This document shows, one piece after another, positions 28,540-39,800 of a stretch of DNA of 64,000 nucleotides (positions are counted from its first letter, which is position 1; each line of letters begins with the position of its first letter). Source of the stretch: Bacteroidota bacterium (lineage in GTDB: Bacteria; Bacteroidota; Bacteroidia; Flavobacteriales_D; Crocinitomicaceae); the NCBI GenBank assembly GCA_040387295.1, contig JAZKEB010000002.1, forward strand, positions 140,802 to 204,801, in the 5' to 3' direction. The notes beneath the pieces are model-generated. The model had not been told where the DNA came from, did not search any database, and was given only the letters and a program-made list of their open reading frames with translations. The translations under genes were made by a program, and so were the position numbers.

Positions 28540-30903
28540 ATGAAACTTTTACCGATTTTACTACTGACAACTTCATTGGGTTGTCTTTCTCCGAACACTT
28601 CCGCTCAAACGGTTTTTCCGCATGATACCCGCAGCGATAGTATCGACATTCGTCATTATGATGTGCAACTCGATCTGCGTGATTTCACCACCTTTATTCT
28701 GAAAGGACAGGTGTATGTCGGTTTCAAACCGTTGGTAAACGGAATCGATGAAATTCAGTTGGATTTACTGGGATTAACCGTTGACAGTATCAAAGACCAA
28801 AGCGGAAATCTCCTGACATTCACCACGCAAACAGAAAGTTTTACCGCCAATTTGGGAGCGACGTTCAACACCGGTGATTCAACCGGAATCGAAGTGTTTT
28901 ACCATGGAAATCCGGTAGAAGACCCTTCATTCGGCGGGTTTTATTTCAATTCCGTTTTTGCGTATAATGTCGGCGTTTCGCTGGAAGATATTCCGCACAA
29001 TTACGGTAAAACATGGTTTCCGTGTTTCGATAATTTCACCACTCGTTCTACCTACGACCTGTTTGTCACAACGCTTCCTGCTCACCAGGCCGTTTGCGGA
29101 GGTGTGCATCAATCAACGATCGTGAATCCCGATTTGTCGGAAACACATCATTGGAGGGTAAATCAGACCATTCCGTCGTACCTCATCTCCGTTGCCGTTG
29201 CCAATTATGTCTTTGTAGAAGATACGTTTACCGATTACCAGGGCAATCCGGTTCCGGTGCGATTGGCAGCTTTCTCGAATGATACGACCGACATGAACAA
29301 TTCATTTGTGAACCTTGAAAGCGCATTTGATATTTACGAATCGAAATGGGGACCGTATCTCTGGGATCGCGTTGGATATGTATTGGTACCAATGACCGCC
29401 GGAGCGATGGAACATGCTATGAATATTGCCTTCCCGATGGCCGCCGCCGATGGTGGTTTGAGCTGGCAATCGGTGTTGGTACACGAATTATCGCATCACT
29501 GGTGGGGCAACCTGGTTACCTGCCGCACAGCCGAAGATATGTGGATCAACGAAGGAAGCGCTGCTTATTGCGAATATGTTTTCAGCGAAGAATTCAACAG
29601 CCGGGCAGTTTACGAAACTTCGGTGCGGAATGCCCACAAAAATCTGCTGCGTGAGTGTCATCACATCGATTCGGGTTATTGGGCCGTTTCAGGTGTTCCG
29701 CTGGAACATACGTACAGCAATACTACGTATTTGAAAGGTGCCGATATGATCCACACGTTACGGGGTTATTTGGGCGATTCGTTGTTTTTCGACGGGCTGA
29801 AGGAATTACTTGACCAAAACAAGTTTTCGGATATCGATGCTATTGAATACCGCGACGATTTGATGGCCATTACCGGTTTCGACCTCACGAATTTTTTCGC
29901 CGATTGGATTTTCCAGGGCGGCTGGCCGCATATAGCCATCGATTCGATTTCGGCTATACCGAACGGACCAAACTATGATGTGACTGTCCATCTGCGTCAA
30001 AAACTGGTAGGTAGAAGCAATTATTCCAACCAGGTTCCGCTTTTGCTTACCCTTCGCGATGAAAACTGGAATACGTTTGAGCAAACGATCCTTTCATCGG
30101 GAATGAATAATTCGGTGACATTGACGTTGCCTTTTTCACCAACACTGGGCTATCTCAACCGCGATGAGTTGATTTCACAAGCCGTGACGGCCAATTACAA
30201 AACCGTTATCAATACCGGAACGCTTAATCTATCTCACGCAAATATTCTCATGCAGGTACAAACTCTGGGGGCTGATTCGTCATTCGTAGTTGTAGAGCAT
30301 CATTGGGCTGCGCCGGATCCTGTTATTGACTGGTCACAAGCATTTACTATTTCACCGCAACGTTACTGGCGTGTTGACGGCATTTGGGAAGACGGTTTCA
30401 CAACCAATGCCACCTTCCGTTATTGCGGGCAGGAATCGGGAGGAAATGGATACCTGGACCACTTGCTCATTACAGGAGCCGAAGACAGTATTATTCTGTT
30501 ATACCGCCCCGATTGTTCTGTTGACTGGATCGAATGTCCGAACAGTACATTGGTGATGGGCAACAACACCACTGATAAAAACGGAACGGTGACGGTGATC
30601 AACCTACAAAAAGGAGAATACGCGTTTGCATTGAAAGGCCCGAATGCTAGTTTAGAAGAAGGAAACGATGCTGCAGTTGTACGACTTTTCCCCAATCCGA
30701 CCAATGGTTTGGTGACTATTGAAACAACCGAAGAAATTGATCGTTTGGTAGCAACGGATTTGAACGGTCGGGTTGTTGCACAACGAAACACCACTGGAAA
30801 AACCCTAACTTGGAATACGTCAGATTGGGCGTCGGGAACGTATGTTATTTCCGGTTACAAACAGGAAAAACGGGTGTTTGGAAAACAATTGATCGTGAAA
30901 TAG
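28540..30903 (+). CDS. M1-family zinc aminopeptidase with T9SS CTD
   Basis: GAMEH (GAMEN-like), HELSH...WINEG (HExxH-x18-E); CTD LFPNPTNG. Confidence 0.9.
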   Translation: MKLLPILLLTTSLGCLSPNTSAQTVFPHDTRSDSIDIRHYDVQLDLRDFTTFILKGQVYVGFKPLVNGIDEIQLDLLGLTVDSIKDQSGNLLTFTTQTESFTANLGATFNTGDSTGIEVFYHGNPVEDPSFGGFYFNSVFAYNVGVSLEDIPHNYGKTWFPCFDNFTTRSTYDLFVTTLPAHQAVCGGVHQSTIVNPDLSETHHWRVNQTIPSYLISVAVANYVFVEDTFTDYQGNPVPVRLAAFSNDTTDMNNSFVNLESAFDIYESKWGPYLWDRVGYVLVPMTAGAMEHAMNIAFPMAAADGGLSWQSVLVHELSHHWWGNLVTCRTAEDMWINEGSAAYCEYVFSEEFNSRAVYETSVRNAHKNLLRECHHIDSGYWAVSGVPLEHTYSNTTYLKGADMIHTLRGYLGDSLFFDGLKELLDQNKFSDIDAIEYRDDLMAITGFDLTNFFADWIFQGGWPHIAIDSISAIPNGPNYDVTVHLRQKLVGRSNYSNQVPLLLTLRDENWNTFEQTILSSGMNNSVTLTLPFSPTLGYLNRDELISQAVTANYKTVINTGTLNLSHANILMQVQTLGADSSFVVVEHHWAAPDPVIDWSQAFTISPQRYWRVDGIWEDGFTTNATFRYCGQESGGNGYLDHLLITGAEDSIILLYRPDCSVDWIECPNSTLVMGNNTTDKNGTVTVINLQKGEYAFALKGPNASLEEGNDAAVVRLFPNPTNGLVTIETTEEIDRLVATDLNGRVVAQRNTTGKTLTWNTSDWASGTYVISGYKQEKRVFGKQLIVK

Positions 30904-30943
30904 GATTTGATTTTCATAATACCAATGAATAAAATGAATTGGT

Positions 30944-31082
30944 GTAGGCTCGGGGCGCTCCCCGAGCCTTTTTTGTGATGGTTTTGTGGATGGATATTAT
31001 AATTGATAAATGTTTTCATAGGCATGAAAACATTTATTGGGATTTGGTGACGCAATTGGCGCGGGATGTGTCCCGCGCCTAC
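30944..31082. repeat. Inverted REP doublet (REPIN-like)
   Basis: Plus-strand GTAG-GCTCGGGG-CGCT-CCCCGAGC at 30944 and minus-strand GTAG-GCGCGGGA-CACA-TCCCGCGCC ending at 31082. Confidence 0.65.
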
Positions 31083-31100
31083 CCATACCATGGGTATATG

Positions 31101-31164
31101 TTTTTGTTGGGTTGCGATAAATCGCGACCCAACAAAAAACCGCCGGTCAATTGACCGGCGGTTT
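31101..31164. terminator. Family-2 REP hairpin plus a loopless terminator palindrome
   Basis: TTTTTGTTGGGTTGCGATAAATCGCGACCCAACAAAAA, then AAACCGCCGGTCAA|TTGACCGGCGGTTT. Confidence 0.7.
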
Positions 31165-31189
31165 CATATCATTCAATAATTCTATTCAA

Positions 31190-33349
31190 TTATTTTACTA
31201 CAAATTGTAATGTCTGACTTGCATTGGCTTCTGCCAAACGAATCAGGTACATTCCTGCTGCAAACGATTCGGTTGAAATCAACACAAGGTTGTCGCCTTC
31301 ATTTGCATTAATGGTATGGTGTGAAACAACATTTCCTAATAGATCTGTTACAAACACTTTTACCGTTTGGCCTGTAGGTGCCGAGAAACGAAGGTTTACT
31401 TCATCTTCTGCAGGATTCGGGAACACAACTGCATTTTGCAATTGCAATTCTTCGTCCAATCCAACTACGATCGTTTCAGACGGCGCACCACCATAGATAT
31501 TGATATCGTCGATGTAGATATTGTTACCACCATCACTTTCAAATCGGAATTTGAATCGGAAGTTCTCTACCCAGTAAGAAACTGTTACGTTGGTCATGTG
31601 AACCGTTTGCCAGTCAGCCAAAGCCGGAGTCCATGCGCTGCTTGCCGTAGTGTTTGACAACGATGCGCTGTGCATGGTTTTACGTTGGTCCCAGTCGTCA
31701 CCGCAATTGTTTGTAAGGAATACTTTCAAATAATCATCATTAGCAGACTGACGCTTGCGGTAACCGTAACGGAATGACAATGTTACTCCATCAGATACGT
31801 CTACTGTAGACAAGTCAACAGGAGTCGAGATCAACTCATCCACATTACCTGCCAATTGTCCGTAATTGGACAATTTCGCTGAGTTTGTTCCGGTATGTCC
31901 TGCAGTATTCGTTACCGACCATGCGTTGTTGCTTCCTGTGTTCTCAATGATCCATCGGTTTGAACCATTAAAATCAGAGATTCCTTCAAATCCTTCGAAA
32001 TATGGTAACGATTCACCTGCAGCGAATACTGTAATGTATCCTGATTTTGTTTCTTCGTCTGATGTAGCACCATCAGTAGCGGTCAATGTCACCGAATAAA
32101 CGCCCGGCGTTGAATAAGTGATCGAAGGATTCTGATCAGTTGAAGTCGAAGGTGTTCCACCAGGGAAAGACCAAGACCAACCTGAAGCAGCATTGTAAGA
32201 ACCATCACTGAATAGCAATGCTTCACCTGCGCATATTTCTGTTTTAAGGGTCGTGAATTCAGCTTTACAAAGGGCAGCACTTCCGTCGGCACCTGTAGCA
32301 ACAAGATTCGCGTTGGTCCACAAGTTGTTACGTCCTGCAGTAGAAGAAGTCAATGCAGTACGCATACGCGTTACCTGACCAGCTGTAAACATTTTAGAAC
32401 AGTACGAATAATCCATGTAGTTCTCAACGTTTGCACGCGCACCACAAAAGTTTTCGTTTAAATTACAAGCAGTTACACCACGTGTAGTAGGTGTATCCGT
32501 TACGTTATCTGTTCCACATGAAACTCCCGGATCATTGGTGTCTCCCCATGTATGTGAAAGGTTTAACCAGTGACCAGCTTCGTGCGTCAACGTACGGCTG
32601 GTATTTTCAGAAGACGTTCCGATAGAACCGGTATAGTTGTGCAAAACCCAAATTCCGTTTTTCATACTACTTCCTACCCAACCACTCGGGCGGTAAGTAT
32701 AACCCGCAGCACCACCGATATCTCCACAAATGAAAATATTCAGGTATTTGTTTCCTGCCCATTGTCCATGGTAAACATCGTTTCCTGCAACAATAGCATC
32801 TACCTGATCATCACCATCTGAACCATCGTAAGAAAGCGCATTCTGTGTACGGGTAATTCCGCTGAAACAAGCACCGTTTGGCGCTTTTGAAGCCAATACG
32901 AATTCTACTTCCACATCACTCGGTTCGCAAACGGCGCCCGGGTTACTTGCGTTAAAATCGTTATGAACTGTCGCAGCATCCGCATTTTGAAGTCGGTAAT
33001 CACGGTTCATGATCGCCAATGCATCCAAAATTTGCTCACGGGAAATATTCTCTACCCCACCGTTGTGCAATACGTGAAACACTACCGGAATTTTGTATAC
33101 AAGACGATGAGGATCTGTGTTATCCAGCATTTGTTGCTCAAGCACCTGAAATGCTTGTTGTTCCAACTGGTACTGCGCTGCAAAAGCCGGATCGGCCATC
33201 AATTCATTGAATCGTTTTTGCTGGTGGCAGTATTCTACTTCTTCGCCATCACGCATATTGGCGTGATTTAAATGTTGTTGTTGTTGCCCGAATAAAGCCG
33301 AAATGGAGAGAAGGCTAAACGCGAGTACAGAGAGTTTTAGTTTTTTCAT
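31190..33349 (-). CDS. M43 (pappalysin/ulilysin-like) metalloprotease with PKD domain and T9SS CTD
   Basis: IPVVFHV, HEAGHWLNLSHTWG and ENYMDYS Met-turn; PKD WSWSFPGG; CTD VFPNPA. Confidence 0.92.
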   Translation of the reverse strand: MKKLKLSVLAFSLLSISALFGQQQQHLNHANMRDGEEVEYCHQQKRFNELMADPAFAAQYQLEQQAFQVLEQQMLDNTDPHRLVYKIPVVFHVLHNGGVENISREQILDALAIMNRDYRLQNADAATVHNDFNASNPGAVCEPSDVEVEFVLASKAPNGACFSGITRTQNALSYDGSDGDDQVDAIVAGNDVYHGQWAGNKYLNIFICGDIGGAAGYTYRPSGWVGSSMKNGIWVLHNYTGSIGTSSENTSRTLTHEAGHWLNLSHTWGDTNDPGVSCGTDNVTDTPTTRGVTACNLNENFCGARANVENYMDYSYCSKMFTAGQVTRMRTALTSSTAGRNNLWTNANLVATGADGSAALCKAEFTTLKTEICAGEALLFSDGSYNAASGWSWSFPGGTPSTSTDQNPSITYSTPGVYSVTLTATDGATSDEETKSGYITVFAAGESLPYFEGFEGISDFNGSNRWIIENTGSNNAWSVTNTAGHTGTNSAKLSNYGQLAGNVDELISTPVDLSTVDVSDGVTLSFRYGYRKRQSANDDYLKVFLTNNCGDDWDQRKTMHSASLSNTTASSAWTPALADWQTVHMTNVTVSYWVENFRFKFRFESDGGNNIYIDDINIYGGAPSETIVVGLDEELQLQNAVVFPNPAEDEVNLRFSAPTGQTVKVFVTDLLGNVVSHHTINANEGDNLVLISTESFAAGMYLIRLAEANASQTLQFVVK

Positions 33350-33739
33350 TGTTACAGTTCTAGCTAGTTTATTTTACCTGTATTAATAATGATGGTTGTT
33401 TTAGGAATGGTTGGAATCAAAACAATATTTCTCATTTGAAAAGCACAGTTGAATCAAATGGCGATTGTCAGCAAGACCGATAGGAGTAAAACTAATTTTC
33501 GTTATTCGTAGCATTCAACATTTCTATTTGAGGCACACAAAATACAAAAAGTGTTAAAACAATTGTCTTTTTTTAGCTAAACGGATGAAACTATTGATTG
33601 AATGGTATTCGAATTGGTTATTAACCCCACATTAAATTTTAAGATGCAGGCTGTTCTAAACCACAGTTTTAAAAAGCAAGATGATGAAACTTGGTCACAG
33701 ATGGCTCAGATGCAAATCTAAAATTCAGGTTTTTTCGCT

Positions 33740-34447
33740 TCACTCAACAGATCTCAACGAATGAGAAACAGCACCCGCATAAGGCATTTCCAACAAACGA
33801 TTTAGTTTTTGTGCTACAATTTCGGGTGAAACCAATTCTCCATTTTCATAATAGTCGTGAAATGTAGCCGAAGCCGCAAAATCAGTTTGATCAACCGACC
33901 TGATCTGTGCTTGCATGGGTGTATCAACAACCCCCGGAGCCACGCAATACACCTTCGTACTTCTGCCCTTTTCCTGTTCTTCCAGGTAAAATGTTTCGGA
34001 AAGCATTTCAAGCGCCGCTTTCGATGCGCAATAAGCCGCCCAGGAAGGAATGGCGTGTTTGGCCGCACCGGAACTGATATTCACTACCGTTAGCGACGCG
34101 AAGGCATTTGCGCAAGCACTCGCCAGTTTGTTCATCAATAATGCCGGAGCAACCACATTCAATACCATTACCCGACCAATATCCGGTGAATCCTGATCAC
34201 TCAAACGTTTTACAGTCCCCAGCATTCCGGCATTGTTAATGAGGAGGATATCGGCGGAAACCCATGTTTCAATATTCAGTGCGCGAATTGCACTTTCATC
34301 GGTCAGATCACAGATAACCGGCTGGTAGTTTTCATGCTCAATCGTATGTCTTCTGCCGATCCCAATAACGGAAACACCTTTCTGCAAATAATGTTCTGCG
34401 ATGGCTTTTCCGATGCCGGATGATGTGCCTGTGAGGATGATTTTCAT
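33740..34447 (-). CDS. SDR family oxidoreductase (YueD/benzil reductase-like)
   Basis: TGTSSGIG, NNAG, NISSGA and YCASK. Start at ATG 34447. Confidence 0.9.
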   Translation of the reverse strand: MKIILTGTSSGIGKAIAEHYLQKGVSVIGIGRRHTIEHENYQPVICDLTDESAIRALNIETWVSADILLINNAGMLGTVKRLSDQDSPDIGRVMVLNVVAPALLMNKLASACANAFASLTVVNISSGAAKHAIPSWAAYCASKAALEMLSETFYLEEQEKGRSTKVYCVAPGVVDTPMQAQIRSVDQTDFAASATFHDYYENGELVSPEIVAQKLNRLLEMPYAGAVSHSLRSVE

Positions 34448-34475
34448 TTTATTGGATTTTGGAACCATTTGATGC

Positions 34476-34549
34476 ATGCGTGGGATGCATCCCACGCATA
34501 CGTGCATAATCATATCATAATTCCAGCGCGGGATGCGTCCCGCGCCTAC
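34476..34549 (-). repeat. Two tandem family-1 REPs
   Basis: Minus strand: GTAG-GCGCGGGA-CGCA-TCCCGCGC (34549-34526) and GTAT-GCGTGGGA-TGCA-TCCCACGC (34501-34478). Confidence 0.75.
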
Positions 34550-35694
34550 ATCAATGCTTGTTCTATATCCGCGATCAAATCTTCCACGTCTTCCACACCA
34601 ACGCTCAAACGCAACAACGAATCAACGACTCCTACCCGCTCGCGCTCAGCTTTCGGGATGGATGCATGCGTCATTGTTGCCGGATGGTTGATCAACGATT
34701 CAACACCACCCAATGATTCGGCCAACGAGAATACTTTGAACGAAGAAGCGACTTTAAATGTATTTTCAATACTTCCTTCTTTCAATACGATGGAAATCAT
34801 TCCACCGAAATCGCGCATTTGTTTTTTGGCAATTTCGTGATTCGGATGATCAGGGAAGCCAGGCCAGTAAACCTTGGCGATTTTCGGGTGATTGCGCAGG
34901 TATTGAGCGATGATGCGACCGTTGTGACAATGGCGTTCCATCCGCAAATGCAGGGTTTTGATGCCGCGCATAACCAAAAAGCTGTCCATCGGGCCCGGAT
35001 TGGCACCACTGGAATTGAGCACGAAATACAATTGCTCATGCAATTCCGGGCTATTGGTAATGAGCGCTCCCATCACCACATCCGAGTGACCTCCGAGGTA
35101 TTTTGTAGCGGAATGCATCACGATGTCGGCTCCCAAATTAAGCGGATTCTGTAGATATGGCGATGCAAACGTATTGTCGACCGCCAATAGAATGTTATTC
35201 TCTTTTGAAATAGCAGCACACGCTTCGATATCAATGATTTGCATCGTCGGATTCGTAGGTGTTTCCGCCCAAATGAGTTTCGTGTTTTCGTTTAAGACAG
35301 TGCGGATATTCTCGGCATTGGTCAAATCGATGAAATGAAAACGGATGCCGAATTTCTCGTAAATCTTGGTAAACAAACGATACGTTCCACCATACAGATC
35401 ATCGCCGGTAATAACTTCATCGCCAGGTTTTAATAATTTCAAAACGGCATCAGTCGCTGCAACACCGGAACTGAAACACACACAGTGCTTACCGTTTTCG
35501 ATAGCGGCAATGTTTTCCTGCAACGCCTCACGTGTCGGGTTTTTCCCACGGGCATATCCGTAACCTTTATTCACTCCGGGCGACTCCTGCACATAGGTCG
35601 AAGTCTGGTAAATAGGCGTCATAATTGCTCCGGTAGACGGATCGGGATGTGCACCTGCGTGGATGGCTTTTGTTCCGAATTTGTAGTTACTCAT
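34546..35694 (-). CDS. Cystathionine gamma-synthase/lyase (Cys/Met PLP enzyme)
   Basis: PIYQTSTY, ETPTNP, VDNTFASP, HSATKYLGGHSD (PLP lysine) and LRLSVGVE; TACTTTTG on the minus strand at 35719-35726. Confidence 0.93.
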   Translation of the reverse strand: MSNYKFGTKAIHAGAHPDPSTGAIMTPIYQTSTYVQESPGVNKGYGYARGKNPTREALQENIAAIENGKHCVCFSSGVAATDAVLKLLKPGDEVITGDDLYGGTYRLFTKIYEKFGIRFHFIDLTNAENIRTVLNENTKLIWAETPTNPTMQIIDIEACAAISKENNILLAVDNTFASPYLQNPLNLGADIVMHSATKYLGGHSDVVMGALITNSPELHEQLYFVLNSSGANPGPMDSFLVMRGIKTLHLRMERHCHNGRIIAQYLRNHPKIAKVYWPGFPDHPNHEIAKKQMRDFGGMISIVLKEGSIENTFKVASSFKVFSLAESLGGVESLINHPATMTHASIPKAERERVGVVDSLLRLSVGVEDVEDLIADIEQALM

Positions 35695-35832
35695 GGGATT
35701 GTTGTTCTGTTTGAGGTACAAAAGTAGCATTTGGGTTTGTGATTCGGAAATACATCTCATTTCGTAACAAAATTGCCCGTTGTGGTTATACTTTGAGATA
35801 GTCCTCTTTTCTTCTCACAAAACTCCGGCGTC

Positions 35833-36717
35833 ATGAAACAGTTCTCCACGCACATTTCGATTCTTTGTTTTGGTCTTATTCTTCCAATGATCTTTGGTTT
35901 TTCGGCAACTGCGGCAACGCCCGATTCAGTATATGTTTCCATCGAAGAGCTGATGAACAGCAAGCAGATGTCAGGAACCATCAAAGGTAAAGGTGGTTAC
36001 CAGGCCGAATGCATCGAATTTGATCTGAAAAACCTGACGCGCGATACACTGTTTGTGGAACTGGAACCCGGCAGACGTTTGGTTTCAAAAGACACGACCG
36101 AACAGGATATTCTGATTGTAAAACGCAAACGCTTTTCTCTGGCTCCATTGGCTGCCCTTGTTTTCTCGGGTTTCGGGTTTTGCTGTGAAAGCAAGCGGCA
36201 TGCTCCGGCCAATAAATCTGATTTCTCGATTGGTTATATGGTTCCCGCCGACTGGCAGCAATTGACCGACCTCATCGACCGGAATAATTTCCCGAATTCA
36301 GCGATTCAATCGGCGATCTGGTGTATTTCCGACAATCACGATCTGAGCTCTATTCACGATGAAGACCCGGAAAAAACGCGTTTGCTGAAACGAATTGTGG
36401 CGAAGATTAAAGGCATGGAGGTTCCGTGGTATTCTGTGACTTACGAAACTGATCCAGGCACGCTGTTTTCCGGCCGGGCCGAATCCGTTTACGGTGAAAT
36501 CACTTATTATATCAGTAACAATGCTGTGATCAGTATCAATGTACGTGACAAAAATGGCGTGGTGGTAGCCAATCTTGAAAAAGGTACCGCGAAAGGTTCC
36601 GGGGAATACAAGTATCCACTGGCGCTGAGTGTGAAAGGCTGGCCGAAGGGCGAGTATGAAATTGCGGTTTATGAAGATTATTCGCGGTTGATTAAACGAG
36701 AAAAGTTCAAATTGTAA
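35833..36717 (+). CDS. Secreted hypothetical protein with thioester-domain-like motifs and a C-terminal Ig/CTD-like domain
   Basis: Signal peptide; FCCE (Cys117/118) and IQSAIW (Gln159); C-terminal ISINVRDKNG...PKGEYEI. Confidence 0.65.
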   Translation: MKQFSTHISILCFGLILPMIFGFSATAATPDSVYVSIEELMNSKQMSGTIKGKGGYQAECIEFDLKNLTRDTLFVELEPGRRLVSKDTTEQDILIVKRKRFSLAPLAALVFSGFGFCCESKRHAPANKSDFSIGYMVPADWQQLTDLIDRNNFPNSAIQSAIWCISDNHDLSSIHDEDPEKTRLLKRIVAKIKGMEVPWYSVTYETDPGTLFSGRAESVYGEITYYISNNAVISINVRDKNGVVVANLEKGTAKGSGEYKYPLALSVKGWPKGEYEIAVYEDYSRLIKREKFKL

Positions 36718-36720
36718 ATC

Positions 36721-36782
36721 AGAACTCAGGGAGCTAGGGAATTAGGGAACTAGACTTCCGATTCGCGAATTTCCCTAACTTC
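36721..36782. repeat. Inverted octamer repeat patch
   Basis: AGGGAGCT AGGGAATT AGGGAACT AG ... TTCCCTAACT. Confidence 0.5.
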
Positions 36783-36801
36783 GTCTCCGACAAACGCGTT
36801 C

Positions 36802-39800
36802 ATGTCTGAGCATCACTACGATATTGCCCAATTTATAATCGATCTGTCGGAGATTCCGTCGTCCGATCCGTTGGTGCATGTAGGTGAGCATGAAAAAGGA
36901 ATGATCGTATTGCAAGATGGTTTACCAGAAGTGCGGCGGTTTGAATTGAACGCCGCCTGGAACACCATTCTGAAAACAGCCAATCAACACAAACGCGAGG
37001 CAGATTTACAATCGCTGTGTTGGGTTTCGCAGCAAATTCACTGGGAATACAAAGGAAAAACGGTTTCTTCTCCGTTGGTGCTCACTCCACTGAATTGGAA
37101 AATTGCGAAGGGAAAACAGCTTGTAGAAATTCAGGCACAAACAGAACAGGCATTTGTAAATCCGTTTGTGGTGAATCAATTAATTCGTGCATTTGATTTA
37201 AAAATTGCGGAAAACGAATCGCTTTCACCACAGGAATGGGTCGAAACAATCACCCAGTTAATCGCAGAACACTCTATTCCGGCCACGTTCTCCGACTTCT
37301 CGGCCATTGGTAATTTTCACCATCACCGTTACCAGGTTTTGCGCGAATTGGAATTGATTGCGCAGGCACCCGAATTGAGTGAATTAGTAAGTGGAATCTT
37401 GGGGAATGAAACAAATTTTCCGACCGAAAAAACAGCACTTTCTCCAGCATTTTTAGCTCCCGCTGATACCGATCAATTACGCGTTTTTGAACAATTGGAA
37501 ACGGGAAATACCGTGATTCAGGGTCCACCGGGAACAGGAAAATCGCAAGTACTGACCAACCTACTTGGCAAATTGCTGGTGCGCGACGGAATGACTTTGG
37601 TGGTTTCTGAAAAACGTGTTGCGCTGGAAGTATTGGTGAAAAAACTCGCCGATGCCGGATTGGATGCTTTTACCTTTACCGCTCACAGTCAGGCGCTGCC
37701 AAAAACGTTTGTGACACAGCTCAAAAATACTTGGCTGGCATTGGAAACCGACCGAAAACCGGTTCCACCTTTGCTGCAATTGTCGGAACAACTGAAAGCT
37801 TCACTGCAATTATTACTGGACCGACTGAATAGTCCCACATTGATTGGTGGCGTTTCATTCCAGACTTTTCTGGAACTTTCTGCTTCTGTTGACACTGACA
37901 ACGCAAGCTTTCAATCGGATGTTCCGGATATTCGCCTGTGGCTCGATGAGAAACAAAACGTACTGCAGTTGCAGGAACAACTCGGATCGTTTGGCATCTT
38001 GCAAGGCTTCAAACAAGCATTGGTAACGTATCCGCAACCCGACCAGGTTTTCCGGCAATTAAGCGCCGAAGCCAATTGGCTGATTGCTACTTTTGGTATT
38101 GAAACCATTGGCGAACTGGAAGCATTAACCAAATCGGTGGCGCGCATTCAATTGGTGACGAATGAATCGTATCACGCCTACTTTGAGTTGCACCGGCAAC
38201 CCGCCAAACGCAAACGGTTTGAAAAAATGCGCCTTCGGTTTACAGAACTCAGCGCGCGACTGGAATTGGTACAAACAGAAGTATCGCTTTGGAACAAACC
38301 ACCCACGCGTACCGAAACACTTTTCTGGATCGAACAACTGGCTCTCAAACAATCGTGGTTCAAACGAAGAAACTGGTTCAAACAACTGAAAACAGCACTT
38401 CGGCAGCAACAAATTGATCACCAAACGGCGCTTCAGAATTGGCTGACGTATTTAGATGTGCAAGAGGAATTGATTTCCATTCGAACACAATTGGCGGATT
38501 GGGGAATCGAACGACCGGAACTGGAGCTGGAAAGCGCCGCTTACGTGCTGAAACAATTAGAAAAAGAAGATCTTAATGAATTGAATACTGTTGCTAAACT
38601 GCCATTCGCACAACGACAGTTGATCAGTCAAAACAGCGAGCGCATTCAACAAATCTACAACGATATCCGACGGTATTTTACCGTAAATGAGACAACTTCT
38701 CTGAACCATTTTGAACAATTCAATCCGGCAATCACAGAAAAACTAATGGGAAGTTTAGCCCTTTTGCGCTCTTTACCGGAAGTGGTTTATCGCCTGATCT
38801 GTTCGGGAAAATCGCTAAAAGAACTCGAAGCAACGGTGGTACATTCCAATCGCGTGTTGCTCGAAAGCCGCTTTCCTGAGTTGGCCAAATTCGACGGTGA
38901 ACAACTGGCCCATAAGCTTAATGAGATTCTGGAAACCGAAACGGGTGAATTTGAGCAGTTTGCATTACACATCTGGCAGCTTCGGAAACAACGCTTTGAT
39001 GAGTATACACGCCTTTTACGAACACCAGCAGCCCAGTTAAAAGGAAATGACAAAGCATTAAAAGCGCAATTAAAAGCCGGAAAATCTATACTCGTAAAAG
39101 AATTCGGCAAATCAAAACAGCATCAAACCATTCGGGAATTGTTATCCGGTGATGCCCGGCTTTGGATTCAAATTCTGAGTCCGATATGGCTGAGTACGCC
39201 CGGCCAGGTTGGAAAAACTTTTCCAATGCAGCGGAACTTGTTTGACTTTGTGGTCATGGACGAAGCCAGTCAGATCCAATTGCCCAATGCGCTTGGAGCG
39301 TTGCAGCGTTCAAAGCGAGTGGTTGTGGCAGGTGACGAACAACAAATGGCGCCGTCCAATTATTTCTCGGGAAGCAGCGTTGCGATCGACCTGTTACATC
39401 AGGCGTCGTGGTACTGGAAAAAAGTTCCGTTGAAACATCATTACAGAAGTGAGCATCCGGCCCTGATTGCCTTTTCAAACAGGCATTTTTACAACAACGA
39501 ACTGGTCGCTTATCCAACTGCGAAAGCAACGTATCCGCTTCATTGGAAACTGGTTGAAAATGGTGTTTACGAAAACCGGACCAACGTTGAAGAAGCCAAA
39601 GCTGTAGCCGGATTCCTGGAAGGGTTCAACTGGAAAAAAAGCATCGGGATTATTGCTTTTTCACAACAACAACTCGACTGCATCTGGCTGCACCTTTCTG
39701 CAAAAACGCAGGAATACATCTCGGAAGGCATGGAAAACAACACGGTTTTCTTTAAGCCACTGGAACAAGTACAAGGCGACGAGGCCGACACCATTGTGGT

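Noticed and set aside
34448-34513. N-terminal extension of the SDR in the ORF track
   Set aside because: It runs through a REP palindrome; the Rossmann motif starts right after the ATG at 34447.
35695-35832. SAM or other riboswitch upstream of the cystathionine enzyme
   Set aside because: The -7 box is only ~25 nt from the ATG, leaving no room for an aptamer.
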